From Christensenellaceae bacterium (GTDB taxonomy: Bacteria; Bacillota; Clostridia; Christensenellales; Aristaeellaceae): DNA of 64,000 nucleotides. Below are positions 18,659 through 26,721 of this stretch, piece by piece. A program made the translations under genes and the position numbers. The number at the start of each line of letters is the position of its first letter. The first letter of the stretch is position 1. The notes beneath the pieces were generated by a model that was not told the origin of the DNA, made no database searches, and saw only the letters and a list, made by a program, of their open reading frames with translations. The DNA lies in assembly GCA_012837835.1 (NCBI GenBank), contig DUQK01000018.1, positions 16,217-80,216 of the forward strand. The letters run 5' to 3'.

Positions 18659-19939
18659 TTATAGGGGATAATATTGTTCAACAAGATTTTTGTGCGAAAT
18701 ATTCTCTGCTAAATCCAGCAAGGATTTTTCGTCTATCTCTCCTTTGTTATATAGCTCAAGTAAAGGGCTTAATATCTCTTCTCTTGAATATGGAAGGTAG
18801 AACATATCTATAAGGCTGCTGTTTTCCGGAACACTCGGGAGAGAATGGGGGAGTAAGTTAAACCTTGACAGTATGTAGCTTGCGGCATAAGGTTCAACCG
18901 TACCCGCTATGGGGCGTACTGCAATTGAAGGCTTTCCGTTATTAGTAAAGCTGTCTAAACTCAAGCTAAGCAGTGCTTGGTATTGCTGGAAGCTGTTTGC
19001 AATTATCATAAGCCTTGGCATAGAGGAAGATGATACTAGCTTATCAACTATGCGTCTTATGTAAGCCAGTATAGGTTCATCGCTGCATGGGGGTTTTAGT
19101 GAAAGCAATAAATTGTGTTTAGCGCATATGTGTGCTACGGAAAAAACAAACGCAGTCTTATAACTTGCTGCTGTTTTACGGCTTATCTTTCCGCCTGCAA
19201 CTACGCTTTTTAATACTTCGTCAGCCTTTTCTATATTTACTTTAGAGGCGGGGAAATAATCAGGCTCTATATATACGCTTTTACAGTCCATAGAGTAAAA
19301 TACTGCTATGCGCTCCTCTATGGCTTTAATAAGTTCATCAAATGATGTTATAGGTTTATTTATAGAGGCGGATATGCTCTTTAGCGCAGGAAAAAATGAA
19401 GAGGTGTTAATATTACATAGTTTGCTTAAATCCGCAGTTGGTGATAAGGGGAAGTGTAAAACACCATCACTGTTAATATCAACAAATGGGCGTGTATCTT
19501 CTGAAATATCAGTTATTATATGCATAGAATGTATATTCGGCGAATTTAATATTCCGTTTATGCCAAGCCTTGAATGCCTTAACTTACCGCAAATATAGTC
19601 ATATGCTCCGTCAAAATCCTTATTAAATGCGGATAAGTCCATATCGAACAGTTTATTAAGCATATTTTGAAAAGTTAAGTACTGATAGCTAGCGGGGGAT
19701 ATGGCGGAAAAGAGCGCTTTAAAAAGTTCCTTCCTTTCAAAGCTTGGAAGCACTCCTGATAGCGGGGATAGATATGTTTTTATAAGGCTGCTGTATGCGC
19801 TGCTTTTAAGCAGCATACGCAGCGGGTCTTCAAAATGCCTGTTCCTAATAATATCCTGCAAGGGTATACGCGCGAAGTCTATCAAATAGGGGAGTTCGTT
19901 TTTCTTTTTATATAATTCAGCGTTTATATTATCGTACAT
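18659..19939 (-). CDS. Uronate (glucuronate) isomerase-like protein with degenerate metal ligands
   Basis: 426 aa. By memory it is colinear with UxaC at the N-terminus (ELY..ELPYLIDFARIP versus RLY..DQPIFDYHCHLP), in the middle (INGILNSPNIHSMHIITD versus ARGIMQQMNVKMVGTTDD) and at the C-terminus. The H-x-H motif is replaced. Starts 1 nt after the udk stop. Confidence 0.35.
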   Translation of the reverse strand: MYDNINAELYKKKNELPYLIDFARIPLQDIIRNRHFEDPLRMLLKSSAYSSLIKTYLSPLSGVLPSFERKELFKALFSAISPASYQYLTFQNMLNKLFDMDLSAFNKDFDGAYDYICGKLRHSRLGINGILNSPNIHSMHIITDISEDTRPFVDINSDGVLHFPLSPTADLSKLCNINTSSFFPALKSISASINKPITSFDELIKAIEERIAVFYSMDCKSVYIEPDYFPASKVNIEKADEVLKSVVAGGKISRKTAASYKTAFVFSVAHICAKHNLLLSLKPPCSDEPILAYIRRIVDKLVSSSSMPRLMIIANSFQQYQALLSLSLDSFTNNGKPSIAVRPIAGTVEPYAASYILSRFNLLPHSLPSVPENSSLIDMFYLPYSREEILSPLLELYNKGEIDEKSLLDLAENISHKNLVEQYYPL

Positions 19940-19940
19940 A

Positions 19941-20567
19941 TTAATCCTCTTTACTAGTCATTACGCAGCGCAGGTAACCTGTAAGCACTTCCACTATTCG
20001 GGCGTTTTTGCCGCCATGGCTTACTATTACATCTGCACAATTTACATAGTTTCGTATATAGCGGTCATACATAGGTTTTACTGTGCTTAGGTACTGCCTT
20101 GTAATGCTGTCTATACTGCGCTTTCTTTCCTTTATGTCGCGGTTTATGCGGCGCAGAAGGCATATATCAGGCTCAACGCTTATATATAGTTTCAAAAACA
20201 TTAGCTCCATAAGCCTTATATCATAAAACACATGTATACCCTCTATTATTAACACCTCAGTGGGGGTAACTATATCAACGGGGGGAATGGCTCTGTACTC
20301 TGAAAAATCGTAGTTTTTTCTTTCTATAGATTTGCCGGACAGCAGGGTTTTTATGTCCTCATAAAGTGCGTCGTGGTTAAATATTGCGGGCTGGTCATAG
20401 TTAAGCTGTGCTCTTTCCTCAAAACTTTTTTCGGGGAAATCGTAATAATAGGTGTCTTGGGTTATTATTGTGGCGCTGCAATTTTCCTTTGCAAGGGAAG
20501 ATTTAAGCTCTAAAGAAAGCGTGGTTTTACCGCTGCCGCTTGCGCCACAAATACCAATCACCAGCAT
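19941..20567 (-). CDS. udk: Uridine kinase
   Basis: ATG 20567 follows GAGGAGGGA. P-loop GASGSGKTT. Length and blocks (IIEGIH, RR..RD) are typical of Udk. Confidence 0.85.
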   Translation of the reverse strand: MLVIGICGASGSGKTTLSLELKSSLAKENCSATIITQDTYYYDFPEKSFEERAQLNYDQPAIFNHDALYEDIKTLLSGKSIERKNYDFSEYRAIPPVDIVTPTEVLIIEGIHVFYDIRLMELMFLKLYISVEPDICLLRRINRDIKERKRSIDSITRQYLSTVKPMYDRYIRNYVNCADVIVSHGGKNARIVEVLTGYLRCVMTSKED

Positions 20568-20683
20568 TTTATCCCTCCTCACAGAGCGAGGATACAACAA
20601 AGCGCCGCTTTTTGTCAATTATACGAATTGCAATTTGCTGTTTACTTTAGTATCATTGAATCGTAGCTAAAAGGAGGTACCTT

Positions 20684-21478
20684 ATGCGGGTAAAGTTGTG
20701 CGCTATAATAATATGTCTTGGTATATGTATTATAACAAGCATTTCATATGCTGATAATCCTGTAAAAAACTTCACAGCTGAAGTTCTGGCTCCCCATAAA
20801 GTGATTCTCAACTGGGATAGAATAGAAAATAATAAAGATAGCCTGTTACTGGTATACGAAAGGGAGGGTAATCCCTATTATAATTACATTGAGGTAAAGG
20901 GGAATACATTTAGCTTCAATTGGCTTATACCCGGGAGCAACTATCGCTTTTGGATAGGTAATGTGGACGAAGACCCTAATCCCGGTATGTATGAGGACGC
21001 TTCCCGCTATATAAGCCTGCCTCTGCCAATGGCAAACACATTTAAGGCAAGGGGCTACAATGCTATTTCAGCCGTTCTATATAGACACGATGATGTAGAA
21101 GACTGGAATGATAGTAAAAAATACCACAAGGCAAGCGCAGATAAGCTTTCCGCCATGCTTGATGTAATAGATAAAGAAAAAACCGCATATTACTCATTTG
21201 TAGTGCGTTATGTTTTGCCTATGCAAGTTAAGGAGTCTAAAGTTATGGACGGGCTTTGGGTATTGCACACCCCCCAAGGCTATGAATATTTTTCCGCAAA
21301 TGAGCTAAAGTTCGGCGAAGATTCCACATTAGACGGCTACTTTGTGCTACCGTTTAATGATTGTATAAAGACTATGCTGCATTACTCAAACAAAATACCG
21401 ATGCCCGGCAAATATGTACTTAGCCTATACTTAAACGGCTCAATCGCTGCCGAGCAGGAGATTATATGGAGAAACTAA
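20684..21478 (+). CDS. Secreted hypothetical protein
   Basis: AAGGAGG RBS and an N-terminal signal peptide (MRVKLCAIIICLGICIITSISYA). No family recognised. Confidence 0.6.
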   Translation: MRVKLCAIIICLGICIITSISYADNPVKNFTAEVLAPHKVILNWDRIENNKDSLLLVYEREGNPYYNYIEVKGNTFSFNWLIPGSNYRFWIGNVDEDPNPGMYEDASRYISLPLPMANTFKARGYNAISAVLYRHDDVEDWNDSKKYHKASADKLSAMLDVIDKEKTAYYSFVVRYVLPMQVKESKVMDGLWVLHTPQGYEYFSANELKFGEDSTLDGYFVLPFNDCIKTMLHYSNKIPMPGKYVLSLYLNGSIAAEQEIIWRN

Positions 21479-22143
21479 AGACCGTTTCACTCTTTGATTT
21501 TGACGGTACCATGCTAAAAGGCGACAGCATAGTTGAGTATATATCCCTTGCAATAAAAGAAGGGCTATGTCCCAAAAGAAATGTACCTGTTATGCTGTTA
21601 TCCGCGTTACTGGCTTATGGCGGTATTATTTCAGCTGAAAGGGCTAAGAGCATTTCGCTTTCTTTCTTGAAGAATGTAGATAAAAAAAGTCAAGAGGAAT
21701 TTGCAAAGCGCTTTATATCTGAAAATATTCTGCCTAGGCTATATCCAAAAGCGTTTGAGCGGCTGCTCATGCACAGAGCAAATGGGGATATAGTGCTTAT
21801 AGTGTCCGCTTCTCCTGACTGCTATATGAAATACCTGCCCCTATATCTGCCTGTAGATGGAGTGCTTGCAAGCCTTACTATGGATAATGGGAAAGTAACA
21901 TGCAATTTTAAGGGCGCTGAAAAGCTTGTGCGCATAAAAAAATGGCTTAAGGAAAACAATATCGCTATGGATAGAGAAAACAGCTTTGCATATGGCGATA
22001 GCAGCCATGACATACTCATGATGGAGCTTGCTCAAAATCCCGTATGTGTAAACCCCAAAAAGGCGTTAAGCCGTGCAAAGCCCGATTGGAAGACAGAATA
22101 TTGGAGCGAAAACGGCAATAATATAATAAACAATGGAGGATAG
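21466..22143 (+). CDS. HAD-IB family hydrolase (phosphoserine-phosphatase-like)
   Basis: Motif I is LFDFDGTML and motif IV is YGDSSHD. 225 aa. Confidence 0.75.
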   Translation: MEKLKTVSLFDFDGTMLKGDSIVEYISLAIKEGLCPKRNVPVMLLSALLAYGGIISAERAKSISLSFLKNVDKKSQEEFAKRFISENILPRLYPKAFERLLMHRANGDIVLIVSASPDCYMKYLPLYLPVDGVLASLTMDNGKVTCNFKGAEKLVRIKKWLKENNIAMDRENSFAYGDSSHDILMMELAQNPVCVNPKKALSRAKPDWKTEYWSENGNNIINNGG

Positions 22144-22147
22144 AAAA

Positions 22148-22525
22148 ATGAAAAATATCAATACCAGTAAGGCGCCCGGGGCAATAGGACCCTATGTGCA
22201 GGCGAAACTCGTGGGTAATTTCCTGTTTACGTCAGGGCAGATACCCGTAAACCCTGAAACCGGAGTAATACCCGAGGGCATAGAAGCTCAAACCGAACAG
22301 GCGATGAAGAACATAAAGGCAATAGTGGAAGAAGCCGGCGGCAAAATGGATGATGTCGTAAGGACATTATGTTTCCTTAGCGATATGGGCAACTTTGCCG
22401 TATTTAACAAGGTGTATGAAAAGTTCTTCCCGACAGATAAACCCGCAAGGAGCTGCGTTGCCGTAAAGGAAATACCCAAAAACTGCATGGTAGAGGTAGA
22501 GTGCATAGCCTATATTAAGCCCTGA
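22148..22525 (+). CDS. ridA: RidA/YjgF family reactive-intermediate deaminase
   Basis: Start set at MKNINT. Blocks GPYVQA, GQIPV.P.TG and PARSCVAV are typical of RidA. Confidence 0.85.
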   Translation: MKNINTSKAPGAIGPYVQAKLVGNFLFTSGQIPVNPETGVIPEGIEAQTEQAMKNIKAIVEEAGGKMDDVVRTLCFLSDMGNFAVFNKVYEKFFPTDKPARSCVAVKEIPKNCMVEVECIAYIKP

Positions 22526-22902
22526 AAGTATAGCTATAAAGGTGAAATGCAATTCAAAGTGCAACATTTATTATCCTAATACTGAATATAGTCTTTTGAG
22601 TGCTTCTTTCTGAAGGTAACTTAATTACCCCAATTTTTATAAATATTGGTTTTTAAGTGTTGGTTAGGGCTGAGTATGTTTAGCTTTTTTCGTTCGGAAA
22701 GCAGATTCCATGTCCTACAAATAAACTGAAAGCTATTCTCTTATGTAGGTATCTGCATTGTATTTCTCTACAAAAACCGGTATGTTGTGAATGTTTTACA
22801 AAAAAACGGCTGTTATGACAAATGTCGTGTTTTGATGACAGGACTTGTAGTAAAATATCATTAAACGGCTGTGCCGAAATAAATTGAAGAGGTGTATAGA
22901 GT

Positions 22903-23580
22903 ATGGTAACACAGGTATTTTCTCTCCAATATCCGGATGAAGCTTTAGACTGCATTGCAGCGGGGATTGATCAGATTGGTCTGCTGGTTGGCGATGAAAG
23001 TTGTCCTGCCTGCATAACGGTTGAACAGGCAAAAGAAGTGTTTAAAGCCGTAGGACATCGAGCCGTCAAGGTTGCGATCATTATGGTGCGCGACGAAGAC
23101 AAGATTATCGAAATTGCTAAGGAACTGCGGCCTGACATCGTCCATCTGTGTGATGAGGTTGTGTTTGCAACAAAGGCCTTTGCCGACAGATTAAAAGCAG
23201 CTATACCCGGCATCAAACTGATGCAGGGCGTGCCGGTAGAAGGTCCGGAATCCATTGCGCTGGCGAAGAGTTACGAAGGAATTGCCGACTTTATTATGAC
23301 CGATACCAACTGTTCTTATGGCATTGGTGCTTCAGGTCAAACCCATGATTGGGAAATAGATCGACGGATCGTGGAAGAGGTTAACATTCCAGTTGTTATG
23401 GCTGGTGGATTGGGACCAGACAACGTGGCAGAAGCCATCTATAAGGTGCGTCCTTATGCGGTGGATAGTCTAACACGAACTAGTATCGTGGAAAACGGCA
23501 AAGTTATTCGCAAAGACATTGATAAGGTTCGTGCTTTTGTGGAAAATGCCCGTATGGCCGCAAGAGATATCACAAGATGA
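22903..23580 (+). CDS. Phosphoribosylanthranilate isomerase (TrpF)-like TIM-barrel protein; no other trp genes nearby
   Basis: 225 aa. The C-terminal VVMAGGLGPDNVAEAI phosphate-binding block and the IVHLCDE segment resemble the PRAI family. Confidence 0.55.
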   Translation: MVTQVFSLQYPDEALDCIAAGIDQIGLLVGDESCPACITVEQAKEVFKAVGHRAVKVAIIMVRDEDKIIEIAKELRPDIVHLCDEVVFATKAFADRLKAAIPGIKLMQGVPVEGPESIALAKSYEGIADFIMTDTNCSYGIGASGQTHDWEIDRRIVEEVNIPVVMAGGLGPDNVAEAIYKVRPYAVDSLTRTSIVENGKVIRKDIDKVRAFVENARMAARDITR

Positions 23581-24548
23581 CCCCCCCCAATCAAAGGAAT
23601 ATGATTGTCTGCGTGGGAGATATCACGCCGGACATAATTATTCCTTATGGCGAAACACTTCAGGCTTTATCTCAGCTGTGTGAAGGAAAAGTCGTCACTT
23701 GTAACCCAGTATTGCGCCCTGGTGGAAGTGTTGCTAACACTGTAGCTACGCTTGGTCGACTAGGGTTACAACCCTATATGATTACTGGTGTGGGAAATGA
23801 TGAATACGGCGATTTTCTCGTGCATCATTTACAGGAATGCGGTGTCCATGTGGAGTATGTTTATCGCCAAAAGGAACGGATGAGCCTTATCTTAGCTGTA
23901 ATTGATAGTAAAGGTGAAAGGGTAATCTATCTGTTTAATGGTCCTGGTGCTAAGCTGCCAGAACCCACCAGAGAGCAGCTGCCGCAGGACATTATCCCGC
24001 ATATCGCTTGGGTGCATGCTAATGGGTTTGCCAACGATGCCACCGTAGACTATCTGGAAGCTTGTGCACAGGCTGGTGCTATGGTATCATTTGATCTGAA
24101 CTTGCGATGTGAGACTTTTGGGTTTCAAGCAGACAGAAAGGCACGGATACTCCGCGCTGTGGAGGCAAGTAACGTTTTATTGGGATCCGGGCTAGAGGAG
24201 TTTGCTCCGCTTACAGGGAAGGCAGACCTGCGTAGCGCAGTGAAGGCGTTGGGAAAGTCAGATCGAATTGTTGTAGCTAGAGATGGTCATAATCCCGTTC
24301 ATCTTTATGTAGATGGTCAGTATGAAACAATTCCTGTCATGCCCACTAAAGTTGTTAATAGGGTTGGCGGTGGAGATGCTTTTAACGGTGGCTTTATTGC
24401 CGCGTGCGCTGCGGGTCTTTCTGCGCGTGATGCCGTTAGATGGGGGAACTGTTGTGCCTCTTGTGCAATCAGTAGCCATGAACCGCATAGCATTCAACCA
24501 AAAAATATTATAGAGGATATGGTCGCTGCCCATTACACTGACTACTGA
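23577..24548 (+). CDS. PfkB/ribokinase-family carbohydrate or nucleoside kinase
   Basis: N-terminal GGSVANT block and C-terminal VNRVGGGDAFNGGFI (PfkB signature 2). ATGA overlap with the TrpF-like gene. Confidence 0.8.
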   Translation: MTPPNQRNMIVCVGDITPDIIIPYGETLQALSQLCEGKVVTCNPVLRPGGSVANTVATLGRLGLQPYMITGVGNDEYGDFLVHHLQECGVHVEYVYRQKERMSLILAVIDSKGERVIYLFNGPGAKLPEPTREQLPQDIIPHIAWVHANGFANDATVDYLEACAQAGAMVSFDLNLRCETFGFQADRKARILRAVEASNVLLGSGLEEFAPLTGKADLRSAVKALGKSDRIVVARDGHNPVHLYVDGQYETIPVMPTKVVNRVGGGDAFNGGFIAACAAGLSARDAVRWGNCCASCAISSHEPHSIQPKNIIEDMVAAHYTDY

Positions 24549-24637
24549 TTGCCCGACATAAGCAAAAGGCACTACGTTTGAGTCCATGTTTATTCCTATC
24601 TAGCGTATCTTGTTTAGCGGACAGAGGACCGAACACA

Positions 24638-25351
24638 ATGAATAAAAACACCGGAAATAGAAAAACAACAGAGCAATATCTAACCCGATACCCGTTGGAT
24701 AACATGTTTTCTTTTCCTGTTCGTAGGTTTCTCAACGTACGTACTATTCCCAAGCAGGGATATTTGTTTCGCTCTGATGAAAGCGTTAACAGGCTCTATT
24801 TCCTAGTAGAGGGGCGCGCGAAGACCTATGTTCTCCATCCTAACGGAAACGAAGCTATCCTTGCCTTTCCTGGTCCGGGAACTATCATGGGCGATATGGA
24901 GTTGGTTGGTTCAATAACAGAGTCCTATATGGTACAAGCGATTGAGCAATGTGTGGCTTTTGAATTGGATCTCCTTGCGTGTCGGGAGCAAGTGCTACAG
25001 GATTCCAAGTTTTTACTTCTACTCTGTCGCTTGATGGGAAATAAGCTGTACTACAAGGATGTGCATCTTTCTGCTGTAAAATCTTTTGATTTAAAGACAA
25101 AACTAGCAGAATTTATCTTATTGACACAGACGGATGGTGTTTTTAAGGAACCTCTGGAGCAAACTGCTCAGTACCTTGGTGTCAGTACCCGTCACCTGCA
25201 AAGGGTTCTTGCTTCATTCTGTACAATGGGGATATTAAAGCGTGTCAGAAACTGGTTTAGTATTCTGGATCAAAAAGCGCTTGCGGGATTTATGGACAAT
25301 ACTCATTTTTCTTTAGGAAAGGACCAAGGTTTTCTATCCTTCATTTTGTGA
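24638..25351 (+). CDS. Crp/Fnr-family transcriptional regulator
   Basis: cNMP-binding-like beta-roll (LYFLVEGRAKTY...GDMEL) and a C-terminal HTH (TAQYLGVSTRHLQRVL). The start is uncertain; ATG 24638 was chosen. Confidence 0.7.
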   Translation: MNKNTGNRKTTEQYLTRYPLDNMFSFPVRRFLNVRTIPKQGYLFRSDESVNRLYFLVEGRAKTYVLHPNGNEAILAFPGPGTIMGDMELVGSITESYMVQAIEQCVAFELDLLACREQVLQDSKFLLLLCRLMGNKLYYKDVHLSAVKSFDLKTKLAEFILLTQTDGVFKEPLEQTAQYLGVSTRHLQRVLASFCTMGILKRVRNWFSILDQKALAGFMDNTHFSLGKDQGFLSFIL

Positions 25352-25510
25352 AACCACGGAGCGCTTTTTATTTAAGAGGTTCATATTATAGTGTTAAGAA
25401 CAACCACTTTGGGTTTTGACAACATGTTTTAGTATGTATAAATATCAAGCACGCGTGAGGAAATGTATTGCTTATACTAAACAATTTAATTAAATTTTCG
25501 GATAGACTTC

Positions 25511-25539
25511 TTGACATTCAGCTCGTCTTTTGGCAAAAT
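25511..25539 (+). promoter_or_regulatory. Candidate promoter of the BMP/ABC transporter operon
   Basis: TTGACA (25511-25516), a 17-nt spacer, then CAAAAT (25534-25539) preceded by TGG. Confidence 0.5.
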
Positions 25540-25590
25540 ATTACATAAAGACCTAAGGTCGAAAAACATATAATATAAGGAGGATTTTTT

Positions 25591-26652
25591 ATGAAGAAAC
25601 TTCTAGCTCTCGTTCTTGTGTTGATGTTGGTGGTGCCCTTTGCGGGTCAGGCTGCTGAAAGCGGCTATGAAATCGCCATGGTTACCGATATCGGCACTAT
25701 TGACGACAAGTCCTTTAACCAAGGCACCTGGGAAGGTATCAAAGAGTATGCCGAGAAAAACAACAAGCCTTACCACTACTATCAGCCCACAGCTCAGTCC
25801 ACCGAAATCTATCTGGACATGATTGAGCAGGCTGTTAATGATGGCGCCAAGGTTATTGTCACGCCCGGCTTTCTATTTGAAGAGCCCATATTTATTGCGC
25901 AGGATATGTACGAGGATGTTACCTTCATCCTGATTGACGGTAATCCTCATGATGCCAATTACTCTGAGTACCGTACCGAAAAGAATGCAGTTGGTATTGT
26001 ATTTGCAGAAGAGCAGGCGGGCTTTTTGGCGGGCTACGCTGCTGTAAAGGATGGTTACACTAAGTTAGGATTTATAGGTGGCATGGCTGTTCCGGCAGTT
26101 ATTCGCTTTGGTTACGGTTTTGTACAGGGCGCTGAGTGTGCCGCTAAAGAAATGGGTATCAGCGGTCTGCAGATGAACTATCATTATACTGGCGGTTTTG
26201 AAGCTACCCCTGAAGTGCAGACTATGGCAGCCGCTTGGTATTCAGACGGTATTGAAGTCATCTTTGCTTGCGGTGGATTGATGGGTAACGCCGTCATGGC
26301 AGCTGCTGAAACAGCGAATGCTAAAGTTATCGGTGTGGACGTTGATCAGTCTGTTCAGTCTCCCTCTGTTATCACTTCTGCCACAAAGGGTCTGGCTGCC
26401 GCAGTTGTGCAGATGCTGACCGCCTACTATGAAGGCAATTTCCCTGGCGGCGAGGCCTTAGTGCTGGACGCCTCTTTTGATGGAGTTGCGCTACCTATGG
26501 CGACCTCTCAGTTCAAGACTTTCACCCAAGCTGACTACGATGCTATCTATGCTAAGCTGGTGGCTGGCGAAGTTGACCTGCTGAAAGACACAGATGTAAA
26601 AGACGCAACCGAGATTCCAGTCACTGCTGTTACTGTTACTCTCATTCAATAA
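25591..26652 (+). CDS. BMP-family (PnrA/Med-like) ABC substrate-binding protein, probably for nucleosides
   Basis: AAGGAGG RBS. Signal peptide ending AGQAAE with no lipobox Cys. The MVTDIGTIDDKSFNQGTWEG block is typical of the BMP family. Confidence 0.85.
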   Translation: MKKLLALVLVLMLVVPFAGQAAESGYEIAMVTDIGTIDDKSFNQGTWEGIKEYAEKNNKPYHYYQPTAQSTEIYLDMIEQAVNDGAKVIVTPGFLFEEPIFIAQDMYEDVTFILIDGNPHDANYSEYRTEKNAVGIVFAEEQAGFLAGYAAVKDGYTKLGFIGGMAVPAVIRFGYGFVQGAECAAKEMGISGLQMNYHYTGGFEATPEVQTMAAAWYSDGIEVIFACGGLMGNAVMAAAETANAKVIGVDVDQSVQSPSVITSATKGLAAAVVQMLTAYYEGNFPGGEALVLDASFDGVALPMATSQFKTFTQADYDAIYAKLVAGEVDLLKDTDVKDATEIPVTAVTVTLIQ

Positions 26653-26662
26653 TCACTTTTTA

Positions 26663-26697
26663 CGGACTGTCCCATTCATGGGACAGTCCGATTTTTT
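26663..26697 (+). terminator. Strong intercistronic hairpin/terminator between the binding-protein and ATPase genes
   Basis: Perfect 12-bp stem cggactgtccca / tgggacagtccg with a 4-nt loop, followed by A-TTTTTT (26691-26697). Confidence 0.8.
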
Positions 26698-26721
26698 GTA
26701 CTGCACAAAGAAAGGAGCGTC

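Noticed and set aside
22786-22801. CRP-like site TGTGA-N-TTACA upstream of the TrpF-like/Crp cluster
   Set aside because: Only one half-site is good. The second matches 4/5 only with a non-canonical 5-nt spacer, and 2/5 with the canonical 6-nt spacer. That is too weak to call.
22680-23032. Two overlapping minus-strand ORFs (91 and 78 aa) in the gap before the TrpF-like gene
   Set aside because: They have no RBS and Cys/His/Phe-rich nonsense-like sequences, and they run into the TrpF-like coding region. I treat them as non-coding.
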